Source: Somniosus microcephalus
Lineage: Eukaryota
NCBI GenBank assembly: GCA_052327205.1
Contig: CM126211.1
Span: forward strand, 157,728,001 to 157,792,000
Length of the DNA: 64,000 nucleotides
Reading direction: 5' to 3'
Position numbers and translations under genes: made by a program. Below are positions 24,188-37,283 of the stretch, piece by piece (the stretch's first letter is position 1; each line of letters starts with the position of its first letter). The notes beneath the pieces were generated by a model. The model was not told the DNA's origin, did not search any database, and worked only from the letters and a program-made list of their open reading frames with translations.

Positions 24188-26143
24188 CTACTTTTTGCCC
24201 TGCGAGGGCGATGCCTTGCGCATCCTTGCCTGGCCCCTGCCCGCCCTGCAGCTCCTCCTCAATGGGAGCCCAGTGGCTGCAGCAAGGCTGGGGGAAGGCT
24301 GCTGAGGGGCAGATGGCGAGACGGCAAATGCCCTTGGGGGTCGGCTTGCACCAGCTCTGGCCTTGGAGTGGCCGGCTGCTGACTGCTCCAACTCTGGCTG
24401 GGCGGCAGCAGTCTGTCCAGCGGCTCGTGGCAGCTGCAATGGCGGAGTGGCAGTGTCGGCTGCAGGAATGGTGGCAACCTGGCAGATTGCAGGTGCTCGC
24501 TGGTCGCCTGAGACATTGGCACTCGCACGGGCCAGCACTGCAGCATGCGCAGCAAACAGCTGAAGAACAGACTGCTGGGCTGCTGCTGTGCGGCGAGTGC
24601 CCTGGCGATGCCTGGCTGATCCAGCGAGGGTGGCAGCAGTTAGTGCCCGTGTGGCCCTGGTCTGTGTCCGCATGACACCAGCCAGTGAATGGACGGCACG
24701 ACTGAGCACTTGGCTAGAAGCCGACTGTGCAGCCGCGAAGTCCTGCAGACTCCTGGCCTGTGCTGCACTGAATTGTTCCAGACTCCTGGCCTGTGCTGCA
24801 CTGAATTGTTGCAGACTCCTGGTCTGTGCTGCTCCGAATTGCTGCACACTCCTTGACAGAGACTCTATGGAGTCAGGCATCCTTGCCACTGCAGCCATGA
24901 GCTCAGTGTGCCTGCGCTCAGCCTGGACGGCCATTTCCTCTAGGAGGCGCACCTCCCCTGCGCTGACCGTTGCAGGACTGGAGGCCACACTCACCCTCTG
25001 GGGAGAAGTGCGCTGAGCTTCCCCACCCCTCCCGCGTTGCTGCAGGCCGCTGGGCCCCGGAGCTTCACTCTCCTCCGACCCTTCCCCCTGGCTCCCCTCC
25101 AGGGAAGACGTGTCCCCTACATCGCCATGGGCTGGCGCGGCTGAGGGTGGCACTGATGGGCCGGCTTCCTCTTCCTCCTCCTCGTCTTCCGAAGCGCTGA
25201 CAGTGGCCGCTTGAGTGCCCACCTCCTCACCTGGCGATTCACCATCTGAAAGCAGGAAGGCACAAGAGTAGCTTTAGAGTGAGGACAGGGTGGCAGCGAG
25301 GGAGGCATGAGTGGTGCCATTCACTGCATTGGTCGGACAGTGGCAAAGGATGCTGATCTGAGGCGCCAGTGGAACGACCGAAGTCAAAAAGGTGATGCCC
25401 TTACCATTGGTGCCCAGAACAGGGTCGGCATCTCCACTGGCGACGGGTCCAATCAGGCGGCCTGCCATAATGCGCTCCACACGCTGGTCGAGGTCGGAGA
25501 GCTCTTTGACGTCAGGAGGGCCTCCCCCGGTGTCAATTCGTTTGCGCCGGTTGTGCGCCACCTTGGCCTGCAAGAGAAAGGACGGCCTCTAAGTACAGTG
25601 TGAAGCCCTGATCTTGTCTGCAATGCCTCCCATGGTCGAATAGCTTGAACAGTGTGAAGCCCTGATCTTGTCTGCAATGCCTCCCATGGTGGACTGGCCC
25701 TGACAGTGTGAAGCCCTGATCTTGTCTGCAATGCCTCCCATGGTCGAATAGCTTGTACAGTGTGTAAAGTGCTGAATGTGCAAGTGATTTTCATGCCAGT
25801 CCCATAGCTGCTGGATGAGGGCTGGCCATTAGGGCTTTGAGGTCCCTTTGCCCATAAAGTGAGGTGCACATGCAGGGATGAGGAGGACACTGGAAAGGGT
25901 ACTCACCCTGACAACCCGAGTGAGGTCGTTGAACTTCTTCCGGCATTGCACAGGAGTCCTGGCAACCACGCTGTTGGAAGACACCCTGTTTGAGACCTCC
26001 CTCCAGGCTTTCCGGTAGGCGCTGGGCAGCGGCCTCTTGCCACCTTCTGGGAACAGAACATGGCGCCTGCGCTCCACTCCGCCAACCAGCACCCTCAGGT
26101 CACCGTCGCTGAAGCGCTGCGCTCTCTCCCTGGCCTTCTCCAT
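24188..26143 (-). CDS. Harbinger Myb/SANT-like (trihelix) DNA-binding protein, 3 exons: 26143-25907, 25567-25405, 25245-24188 (485 aa, apparently intact)
   Basis: MEKARERAQRFSDGDLRVLVGGVERRRHVLFP...AWREV...CRKKFNDL; GT-AG junctions with phases 0 and 1 give one uninterrupted frame; exons 1 and 2 are the same sizes (237, 163 bp) in the second copy. Confidence 0.88.
25596..25765. repeat. ~54-bp tandem repeat x3 in Myb gene intron 1
   Basis: acagtgtgaagccctgatcttgtctgcaatgcctcccatggt repeated three times. Confidence 0.9.
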
Positions 26144-27381
26144 AGCCCTGGGCGTTGCACAGATGAAGCAGAAGTGGTCAGGCCTAGTTTGAGGGCTGCA
26201 GTGTGCAGGGCGTGGCAGGCAAACAAATCCACCCTCCCCCTTTAAGAGCTGACTGGCGCCACAGTGTCTGCCGTCAATCAACAACTCTCCGCACCTGCGC
26301 TGCGCCCGGCCTGGGGGGTATCGCTCAGCACCGCCGGCTTAGCGCCTAAAGATAGTCGTGCATCGCCTGTTTTAGCGCAGCAGCAACCTCTTGGGGCGAT
26401 GCGACTGAATATCGCCGAATGGGGCGCGACTTTGCGCCGGGTGCAAACTTTAGCGGCCGCCCGACTTTACCGCCCCAAAAGTGGCTGTACTGAATTTCTA
26501 GGCCTGTATTCTCAAGTTCTGCGTACCTCAGGATGAAGAATATCTGTGTTTGGAGTGAACAAAAGATCAAAACATGGTCACTGTGGATATTAACACTGGT
26601 GTTCTTCCACAAATACAGTATAGTTCAGTAAAATTCACATTTTAAAACCATTTCCTTTAATACTTTTCTTTATTTAAATTGTCATGCAGAAGACCTCAGA
26701 ATTCACTTGATCCAAGATAATTTTGTGAATTACAGATGTTTCAAAATGATTTGTAAAGACCACTACCACTGTATTATCTCCCCATTCCCCATTTCCCAGA
26801 ATGTCTCAAACTGACTATTTTCTTGTAGAGTTGAAATTATGAAATGCTGCACAAAAAGGGCTTCAGCGACAGCAACATAAAATTACAATCACATTTCCAG
26901 ATAATTTTTCCAGCACTTTTACTAACTTTTATAATACAGTATTCTACAATTTTTATTTTATCACACATACTTAAAAATTATTATGATTAATATAAGGAAG
27001 AATTGGAAAAATATACTGATTCTTCTAACATGCTGTACCCTTCAAACTAAATATTTTGTCAGTGCAAAATGCTCCAAATGATCTCTGCCAGAAAATAGTT
27101 TCATTAAACTTTAATTAATGTTAATGCTTGGAATTCAATGCTTCCCGGCTCATTGCCTTGGTAAGGGTGGGCTCTTTGCAGAAACCTGCCAAACCATTTG
27201 TACTTTGCAGGCAGGTAAATCAGCCAATTCAAACTTCCTGTGTTCCAGATAGCCACCTCATCAGTCACCGCCGCTTCCTGTAATGTGGAAAATTGAAATT
27301 GTCTCATTTAGCCAGCTGCAAAAGACAAACAGGATGCCAGCCAGCAAGTTCTGACAGGTAGCCCACCCTGACTGAGACAAA

Positions 27382-28102
27382 GGGCTAGATTTTCAGTATA
27401 GACAGTTTTGGGGCGCTAACCTTAGCGCCCGCCCGAAGTTAGCGCCCGCCCCAAAGTAGCGCCCCGTTGCCGGAAATTCAGTGGCTTCGCCCTAAGAGGT
27501 TGGTGGAGCGCTAAAAGAGGCGTTCCACTACTATCTTTAGGCGCTAAGCCGGCGGTGCAGAGCGCAACACCCGAGCTCGGGCGCAGCGCACGGCAGACAC
27601 TCTGGTGCCAGTGAGCTCTTAAAGGGGAAGGGTGCATGTGTTTTTTTCAAAGGCAGAGTCTGGGGGGGGGGGAAACGAGGAGGAGGAGGAGGAGGAGGAG
27701 GAGGAGGAGGAGAACATAAATACACCGTTCACAACAACACACTGGATCCTTCCACACAACACATGCAGACTGCCTTTTATAGTGCAGGAGGAGTGCCCTT
27801 TAATTTGCGCTCCCCAGGGTGTGTTGCGTTCCATTTTACAAACGCTCTGGACGCCAGCCGCACAATGGGGCGGTCCGACTGAAGTTTGGATTCGGGGCGG
27901 CCAAAGGGCGTTGCACGAGGATGTGACGTCATTTTCTGCGCGCGCATCCGGGCGGCCGCTAAACTGTGCGCCGGCGCTAACGGGCAACTTAATTTGGGGT
28001 GGGGCGCAAACTGCGCTGCGCCCGGGCGCTACATGCATAGCGCCCAAAAATCACTTCTCTTAAGGCACTAACTGCTGGCGCAAGCAACTGAAAATCTAGC
28101 CC
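27382..28102. mobile_element. Internally deleted Harbinger MITE (721 bp) related to the 17623-26504 element
   Basis: 16-bp TIRs gggctagattttcagt / actgaaaatctagccc; TSD AAA; both subterminal regions kept (shared ccttttatagtgcaggaggagtgccctttaatttgcg); central (GAG)n. Confidence 0.92.
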
Positions 28103-28167
28103 AAAGGCAATTAGGAACATCTCATTGCCAAATCTGCAGAACAGGAAACTACAATGATGGTTATGAT

Positions 28168-29133
28168 GGGGGTGGAATTGTAACCCCCAAAAACAGGTGC
28201 GTTTGGGTCAGGTGGGATGTTAAAATGTTATAAATCATAAACCCAAACCCAACCTGCCTCGTACCCACCCACTTTTGGTTTTAACGGAGGTGGGATGGGG
28301 CGCGGGCAGCCACCCAGGAGTCAGGTCGCTCATTGGAATATTTTAATGAGGCTGTATGCCTCACATATTTTCTCCATTTTAAATGTTACGCTGGCCAGCC
28401 AGGTTTCCCGAGCCTTGAGAAACCTGGCAGCTAAGGGAGGTGAGGACTGCTGGATCTAGCAGGTGAACGCCTTTCAGCACTGCTTGTGGGCCAGGAAGAG
28501 AAGTTGTGCTTCCCCATGCCCCTCAAGCTTACTTGTAAACCACTCCGGCGATCGGTCGACCCCACCCCTCCCCCCCACCCCCAGTCCCGATGTCCCCTCA
28601 AGCCACTGACTCCCAGTCTTTTCGATCCCTCCCTCCCTCCTCTGCATTCCCTGGCTGCGGCCTCTGAACCCCCCCCCAGTCTTTTTGATCTCAGCCCCCA
28701 CAACCCTTCAGATCTCCCCCCCCGGCCTTTCCGATCTCCCCCCCCACCGGCTTTTCCGATCTCCCCTCGGCCTTTCTGATCTCTCCCCCCGGCCTTTCCG
28801 ATTTCCCCCCATCCCCCCGGCCTTTCTGATCTCCTCCTTGGCCTTTCCGTTCTCCCCCTGACCCTTCCGATCTCCCTCTGATCCAGCCTCCAATCTCCCC
28901 CCCGGCCCCGTCAATCCCGGCCTTCCTGATCCCTCCCTCCCTCCTATTCACTCCCTGGCTGCAGCCCGGTGCCAAAGGCTTAGCCGCCCGACAGCCAGCC
29001 AGCCTCTCAATCTGGCTGGCTGTGGTCAGGAAACAGAGACAAAACATGTTAATCAGGTCCTGCTGTTAAATTCGGGTTTCCCAAACACAAAACAGCCCCC
29101 CACCCCACTCCCTTTCCGTAAATATCGGGGCCA
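28168..29133. mobile_element. Probable degenerate MITE with internal C-rich minisatellite (cccggcctttccgatctcc)n at ~28540-28945
   Basis: GC-rich island with Harbinger-like ends (ggggtggaattg / aaatatcggggcc) that match each other poorly. Confidence 0.5.
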
Positions 29134-29905
29134 ATGAGGTTTACTTATGAATCAGGCAGGAGCTGTGAGGCATGCAAAGTACTGGGAATCAAACAAGTGG
29201 GAAAGAAAGGCAGGCCGAGCATTAAGCAGGCCGGGTGGAACAGGCAAATGCAGGTTTGCCCCCTAAAGTTCTACTACATTGGTTCTGTGAGTATTATGTG
29301 AGTGTAGCCGCGGTATGAGTCCCTCTCTAATTTTCACTTCTTCTCCATGGGAAAATGTCCAGCTTGTATTCAACACCTCCCCATGGTGAAGTGACTGGTA
29401 TCAAGAATCAAGCTTTTGGAAATCAAAGAACAAACCCATGTCCTATCACTTTGTTCACAGAATGTTCAACTTCCAATCTGCTGCAGCACAAGTTAAAAAA
29501 ATGTCTAAAGGGTCGATCTTCACTCCTTTCACTTGGCGTTAATGGGGTGGTAACAGCCTCAAACTAGGGTCGGTAGCCTTACTGTCCCATTAACACCGGC
29601 GATGAGGACTGTGCTTTTTTAAAAGGGGCCTACATCTGGGTGGCCAAAGCGCCTGCCTGTTTCAGATGGTAGGTCCCTTTTAGTACATAAATAAGGCCCC
29701 GATTGCCATTTTAGGTAGGAATTGATCGGAGCATGTGCAGTCAATGGAAATAAAAATCAGGAGAGATATAAAACGGGCTGCTGATTCGCTATCATTGTTT
29801 TTATTTACCACACAGATGCAGTACTTATTAGTGCTGAATAATAGTTTTAACTCAGTGATCTAAAGAACAAAATTGCTCAGCAAGGTGCACATAATACTGC
29901 TACTC

Positions 29906-32360
29906 CACAACTTTCACCTTGAAACGCCCATTTTACCTCCAAAAAATGATACTAAGTCAATGGAAGCCCCAATCTTACACGCCTGTTTCATTCACAGAAT
30001 TTACCCTTCACCATTTTACATTGGGGCTTCTTTTAGGCATCCAGCATGCCTGCTTGAAATCAGCGGGTGCCTAATTAAGCATGCTAATTGTTTTAGGACC
30101 CAAAAGCCCTTTTCAATAGCTCTGGCATCCTATTCAACAATTCTAAATCAGTCATAGAAATCAAGGGTAGGGACAGGCTGGAGAGTGCAATTTCTAGCAA
30201 TATTTAAAGGGATCATTAGCTGCTCTCAGGTAAAATACTGGTTAGTTTAGTGGGACTGCTATTATCCTGCTTTTGAGCTTTTGGGGACTTTTGGCTCCTG
30301 GAACTGAATTTAATTAGGTGAGTCAGCAGTGGGTTTTGACCAAGCAAACCTCTAATTAGTTTCAATGGTTTGCTGCTTACACTGCCATAGTGGCTGGAAG
30401 GAGAGGAGGAGCAGGCTAGAGTCCAGAGGGTTGCAGCTGCAGAGAGGAGACAGAAGGAGGGCAGCTCGCAGGAAGCCTCACCCCACGAGTATACATAGAA
30501 TCATAGAACTTTACGGCACAGGAGGCCATTTGGCCCATCGTGTCTGTGCCGGTCAAAAAAGAGCTATCCAGCCTAATCCCACTTCCCAGCTCTTGGTACA
30601 GGGCCAGCACTTCTTCCCTGAAGCTCACCGAAGAGCCATGTGTGAAGAGACTCTGCTTTACTAGGGAGCTGTCACAGAGCTTTGCCATCTGCTGCAATAC
30701 CAACTGCAGTCCAGCAAAAGGTCACATAAATTCTTGCCTGTGGTGGTCAAAGTCACTGTGACCCTGAAACTTTATGCCTTGGGGTCATTCCGATCTGCAG
30801 ACATCAGCAACATCAGCCAATCAGCTGTGCAGGCCTGTAGTTGCCAGGTGACGTTCTTTGCCAAAGACAGTGACTTCATATCCTTCCCCATGGACATTGT
30901 GAAGCAGGAAGACAGGGCTGTGAGCTTTGCCAGGTTTGCAGGCTCCCCCCCCCCAGGTGCAGTGCATCATGCACATCAGTAGTTGCCATGATGCCTTCAT
31001 TCTATGTCAGTCCTCAATCCACCCTCTCTTTGACCCCGAGCATCAGGTAATGACACCTCTCAGGAGCCTGAGCACAGATGCAGGGATGAGAGACAATCAA
31101 TGCCATGCCTCTATTTGAGCCCTAATAAAATAGACCAAATGCCTCCAGAGCAACGTTTCCACTGCCTAGAAATTTCTGGAGGTGTACTGCAGTATAGCCC
31201 CCAAGGAGTCTCCAGGATCATCATTGTCTGCTGCATGCTGCCCAACTTTGCCATCCAGAAGGGTCAACCCATCAAGCCAGCTCAGAGGAAAGGGTGGAGG
31301 CGGAGGAACATGAAGAACAGGCAGACTCTGAGGATAATCAGGAAGAGCAAGGCCTATCTGTCCTGCCATCTGCAAGAGCTCTTCAACAGAAAGCTCATTG
31401 AGGAGCACCAGCTGAAAACACTATTCCCCTGCACCAACAATCCCTCCCAACATCAGTCCCAGTCCTTCCACCATCTTTAGGATTCATTCAACCCAGACAC
31501 AAACACGGGGCTTTCTGGTAAAAGCATTGCGTGGTCATCAAATACTCAAACAAAATTTGCACAACAAGAATTTTGAGAAAGAATATAATTTATAGTTACC
31601 TTTACACCTACCATGAACCACTCCCTAGTGTCTGTCCTAAGTGCTCTTTTATCTACTCTAGTGCTCCTACGAGGTGCTTCCCAAGTGGCTTTAGCTTGGG
31701 GTATAGAAAGCTGCTGGGCCTCCAATAAAGACAGTTGAAATGGCCGTGGCCGCTGACCTTGAGGAGCATGGGTCCAAGAGGGCCTGGCTGCAGACTGTGC
31801 CACCTCAGTTGCTGCTAGGGCAGTCTGGCTGTGAATGGGAGTCTTACCTTAGCAGCTTGGGTCAGGTCATTGAACTTCTTTATGCACTGGTTCCAGGTTG
31901 GAGGAGGAGAACTGCGGACATTGATATTCTCAGCCACCGAGGACCATGTTTCCTGGCCCTCCCTTCATCTTTCTACCATCTGCTTGAAATAAGACAATTC
32001 TTCTCCTTCTTGCTTCCTCCACTAAAGCCTCCAGAGCATTATTGGAAATTCTGGTGTTCTCCCAGTGGACATTTTCTGCCTTTCAGGACAGAAAAACTAG
32101 CTTCAACACAGCTTCACAATGAGCACTGGACCTCCCCTTTAAAAGGTGCAGGGCACCAGGAACTGACATTGGGCTTGCCCAAAATCCCTCCATCCACCCT
32201 CCCCCCCAACCCTCCCAATGGGTGTGAGATCCAATTAACAGCGCAATTTGCACTGACAGCTCACCCATCGAATTTAAATGAGGCACGAACCTGAACAGGC
32301 GAGTGACGCGATTGTCCAGTTCACTTCACACTCATTTTGGGCGCAAGTTGAAAGTTGCCT
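29906..32360 (+). mobile_element. Old, heavily decayed Harbinger element with transposase remnant at ~30365-31410
   Basis: Fragments VKVTVTLKLYALGSF, HDAFIL, RFHCL..SGGVLQYSP..CCML; inverted ends caactttcaccttg / caagttgaaagttg; short CR1-type 3' tail inserted at ~30492-30600. Confidence 0.8.
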
Positions 32361-33247
32361 GTTATTTCATCCTTCTAAATGATTGAGTTATTTAAAGAAA
32401 ATTCTAAGAGAACTGTGCTTTCAAATATTTGCCAGTGTGCCTCAGAAAAAATGGGTCCTATTCTGTTTATTTTTAATATCTCCTCAACTTTATGAACGAG
32501 CACCATTTTAATTAGCACGATGCCAATTATGGCTACAAACACAATAATTCCCCCACTTTCTTCAGTTTAACAGTCCATTATTTTGCATGTTACAACAAGA
32601 GAATGTTTCATAACAAAATGTGATGTAAATTTAATAAAAATTGAAATTCAATAACTTTATTACAATTTGAATGTTCCAACAAAGATTTATACAGAACCTG
32701 AGCTTTATGCCAGAAAACACTTGTGATATTAGCAATCACTTAAACCACATTTCTTTTATTACTTTAGATGACTGATTCCTGATTTCTGTGTTCAATCAAA
32801 TATGGTTTACGTTGGAAACAATGAGTAGATTCAGCAGAAAGAGTCAAATTAAAGATTTGATTATTGTGGCAAACAGTAAGTATAGTGAATGCAGTACATC
32901 ATCATTTTGGCAGTGCAAAACAAAACTGTTTAAAAATGTAGTTGCTGAGGATGGTAAAGGATTTCTTATGCAGAACAATACATTTATGCTTTCATTCTGT
33001 TTAGCACGGCAACCATTTTGAAGAGCAAAGCTGCAAATCTCTCTTTTTCAGTGCACATTTAGCACTAGGATGAATTCTGTGCATTGGGCACGTGTTGACA
33101 GAGACAGAGATACCTCATTTCTTAGTGGCAAATCAGAAACAAATGCACAATTTGTTTTTATGTAGCACAATAAATAATGCAACTGCACAAAATTGGAATC
33201 AAATGAAACCTACTAGTATAGTGGATTTCCAACAGATGTGACTTGTA

Positions 33248-33819
33248 GGGGTCAATTTGGTACTGACGAAGGGTCATCGACCTGAAACGTTAACTCTGTT
33301 TCTCTCTCCACAGATGCTGCCTGACCTGCTGAATATTTCCAGCATTTTCTGTTTTTATTTCAGATTTCCAGCATCCGCAGTATTTTGCTTTGGTACCAGG
33401 CTGCGTTGGTCTCCTGGGGAGGTCTCCTCCACCCATAGGAAGGGAAGAGGACCTCCCTGCCTGCTCTGACTCCCTCCATAAGCATATGAAGGGAGTCATG
33501 GTAGAACCTGAGTGCAATCGTGCACCTCTGTGCAGTGCTCGTCAATGTTTGCAGCACTTCAATGCTGCAGAACACTGACAGCACAAATGTCAAAATCAAT
33601 TTGGTCATGGTCCCTTTAAGGAAACCGGCTGATGACGCGTCATCAAATGACATCACTAGACCCACTTCCTCTAATTGGCTGGGAAACGCGCTGGGCAGGC
33701 TTAACAAACCCTATCAACGGAAATTCATTTCGCAGATTGGGCTGGAGCCAGCAGCGGGGTCGGTACACGCCATCAAAGTCGCCCGCCCGGGACCCGCCGA
33801 TGTTAGTAAAATCCTGGCC
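33248..33819 (-). mobile_element. Truncated copy of the Myb-only Harbinger derivative
   Basis: 33397-33819 is the reverse complement of ~14924-15348; ORF 33360-33707 mirrors ORF 15036-15602. Confidence 0.8.
33263..33388 (+). mobile_element. Short Penelope-like terminal-repeat fragment with a minimal hammerhead ribozyme core
   Basis: CTGACGA-aggg tcatcga cct-GAAA-CGTTA; flanked by direct repeat tttggtac (33256-33263, 33389-33396). Confidence 0.7.
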
Positions 33820-33836
33820 AAAGTCTCCACAACAAT

Positions 33837-36800
33837 TAGAAACATACATAGAAACATAGAAGATAGGAGCAGGAGTAGGCCATTCGGCCCCTCGAGCCTG
33901 CTCCGCCATTCAATGCGATCATGGCTGATCATCCAAGTTCAGTACCCGGTCCCTGCTTTCTCCCCATACCCCTTGATCCCTTTAGCCTTAAGAAATATAT
34001 CCAACTCCTTCTTGAATATATTTAATGAATTGGCCTCTACTGCCTTCTGTGGTAGAGAATTCCACAGGTTCACCACTCTCTGGGTGAAGAAATTCCTCCT
34101 CATTTCTGTCCTAAATGGCCTACCCCTTATCCTTAGACTGTGACCCCTGGTTCTGGATTCCCCGACCATCGGGAACATCCTCCCTGCATCTAGTCTGTCC
34201 AGTCCTGCCAGAATTTTATAAGTTTCAATAAGATCCCCTCTCATTCCTCTAAACTCCAGCGAGTACAAGCCCAATCGACCCAATCTCTCCTCATACGTCA
34301 TTCCTGCCATCCCAGGTATCAGCCTGGTGAATCTTCGCTGAACTCCTTCCATGGCAAGAATATCCTTCCTCAGATAAGGTGACCAAAACTGCACACAATA
34401 CTCAAGATGTGGTCTCACCAAGGCCCTGTACAACTGCAGCAAGACATCCTTCTTCCTGTACTCAAACCCTCTCGCTATGAAGGCCAACATACCATTTGCC
34501 TTCTTAACCGCCTGCTGCACCTGCATGCTTACCTTCAGCGACTGGTGCACAAGGACACCCAGGTCTCGTTGCACTTCCCCTTCTCCCAATCTATTGCCAT
34601 TCAGATAATAATCTGCCTTCCCGTTTTTGACACCAAAGTGGATAACCTCACATTTATCCACATTATATTGCATCTGCCATGCATCTGCCCAATCACCCAA
34701 CCTGTCCAAATCATCCTGTAGTTTCTCGGCATCCTCCTCACAGCACACACGCCCACCCAGCTTTGTGTCGTCTGCAAATTTGGAGATATTACATCGAGTT
34801 CCCTTGTCTAGATCATTAATATATATTGTGAATAGCTGGGGTCCAAGGACCAATCCCTGCGGTACCCCACTAGTCACTGCCTGCCACTCGGAAAAAGAGC
34901 CGTTTATTCCAACTCTTTGCTTTCTGTCTGCCAACCAGTTCTCTATCCAAGTCAATACCTTGCCCCCAATCCCATGTGTCTTAACTTTACACGCTAATCT
35001 CTTATGTGGGACCTTATCGAAAGCCTTCTGAAAGTCCAAATACACCACATCCACTGGTTCTCCCTTATCTATTTTACTAGTTACATCCTCAAAAAATTCC
35101 AGTGGATTAGTCAAGCATGATTTACCTTTTGTAAATCCATGTTGACTTTGTCCGATCCTGTCACTGTTTTCCAAGTGCTCTGCTATTACATCTTTTATAA
35201 TGGACTCTAGCATTTTCCCCACTACCGATGCCAGGCTTACCGGTCCGTAATTCCCCGTTTTCTCTCTACCACCCTTTTTGAATAGTGGGGTAACATTAGC
35301 TACCCTCCAATCCATGGGTACTGTTCCAGATTCCATCGAATGTTGGAAGATGATCAGCAATGCATCTACTATTTCTAGGGCCACTTCCTCAAGTACCCTA
35401 GGATGTAGATTATCAGGCCCTGGGGATTTATCAGCCTTCAATCCCATCAATTTCCTGAACACTATTTCCCTACAAATACTGATTTCTTTCAGTTCCTCCC
35501 TTTCATCAGACCCTATGTTCCCCGACATTTCTGGGAGGTTATTTGTGTCCTCCTTTGTGAAGACAGAACAAAAATATGTATTTAATTGGTCAGCCATTTC
35601 TTTGTTCCCCATTATAAATTCCCCTGATTTTGACTGCAAGGGACCTACGCTTGACTTCACCAATCTTTTTCTTTTCACATATCTATCAAAGCTTTTACAG
35701 TCAGTTTTTATGTTCCCTGCAAGCTTACTCTCATATTTATTTTCCCTTTCTTAATTAATCCCTTTGTCCTCCTTTGTTGAATCCTAAATTGCTCCCAATC
35801 CTCTGGATTACTGCTTTTTCTGGCCAATTTATATGTCCTCTCCTTGGATCTTATGTTATCCCTAATTTTCCTTGTTAGCCACGGTTGAGTCACCTTTTTT
35901 GTTTTATTTTTATGCCAAACTGGGATGAACAAATTCTGTAGTTCATCCATGCAGTCTTTGAATGTTTGCCATTGCCTATCCACCGTCAACCCTTTGAGTG
36001 ACATTCCCCAATCAATCCTACCCAATTCGCGCCTCAGACCATCGTATTTTCCTTTATTTAAATTCAGGACCCTAGTCTCTGAGTCCACTACTTCATTCTG
36101 CATCTTAATGAAGAATTCGATCATATTATGATCGCTCCGACCCAAGGGGCCTCGTACAACAAGATTGCTAATTAATCCTTTCTCGTTACATAATACCCAG
36201 TCTAAGATGGCCTGATCTCTGGTTGGTTCCTCGACATATTGGTCCAGGAAACCATCCCGTAAACACTTCAGGAATTCATCCTCCACAGTATTGTTACTAA
36301 TTTGGTTAGCCCAATCTATATGTAGATTAAAGTCACCCATGATGACTGCTGTGCCCTTTTTGCACGCTTCATTAATTTCCCTTTTAATGCCATCCCCAAC
36401 CTCCGCATTACTGATTGGAAGTCTATATACCACTCCCACTATCGTTTTCTGCCCCTTGGTATTTCTCAGTTCTACCCATACAGATTCCACATCATCAGAG
36501 CCAATATCCTTCCTTACAATTGTGTTAATCCCTTCCTTAACCAGTAATGCTACCCCACCTCCCTTTCCTTTTTGCCTATCTTTCCTGAATATTGAATACC
36601 CCTGGATGTTGAGTTCCCAGCCTTCACCATCCTGGAGCCATGTTTCCGTAATCCCAATCAAATCATATTTGTTTACCTCTATTTGCGCAGCTAATTCATC
36701 CACCTTATTATGAATGCTCCTCGCATTAAGACACAAAGCCTTCAGGCTTGTTTTTTTAACGCTCTTAGACCTATTAGAATTATTATTTACTGTGGCCATG

Positions 36801-36990
36801 TTTGATTTAAACCGTTGATTTCTCTGACTGCTACTTTTGTTTTTCTCCTTCCTATCTTTTGCTTTTATCCTTGTTTCCCTTTCCTCTGTCCCCCTGCTCA
36901 GGTTCCCAACCCCCTGCCATTTTAGTTTAAATCCTCCCCCAGAGCACTAGCAAACACTCCCCCTAGGATATCGGTCCCGGCCCTGCCCCT
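33837..36990 (-). mobile_element. CR1 LINE with complete but frameshifted ORF2 and the end of ORF1
   Basis: Endonuclease ORF 35708-36799 (LNARS, ITETWL, GDFN, SDH) and RT ORF 33939-35678; 3' microsatellite tail. Confidence 0.96.
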
Positions 36991-37283
36991 TCCTGCTGCT
37001 CTTGTAATCTGTCTACAGTATAGTTTATCTGATCTGAACTAGGAGTTTTTCATTCTTCAATTGCCTGTGTAAACATATGAATAAAACGTAAACAATTATC
37101 ATAGGGACCAATCTTGCAAATACACGATTCATTTTGTAAGAGAACTCCACTGCACCCATTCAGAAAAAAATACAGTAAGGAAATCCTTAATATCTGGAAA
37201 AATAAATTTATGGCTCTAATTATTTAGAACATTTTGCAGCTGAAGCAACCAACTGTTACCATGGATCACAGAAATTTGCTTTA

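Larger units (their letters stand above)
17623..26504. mobile_element. Full-length two-gene PIF/Harbinger DNA transposon with a nested Gypsy element
   Basis: Perfect 16-bp TIRs ggcctagaaattcagt / actgaatttctaggcc; 3-bp TSD TGT (17620-17622, 26505-26507); convergent transposase and Myb/SANT genes. Confidence 0.96.

Noticed and set aside
14113-26143. Myb-EDAR fusion protein by splicing
   Set aside because: Myb exon 1 joined to the EDAR acceptor reaches TAG after three codons, and Myb exon 2 joins out of frame with EDAR.
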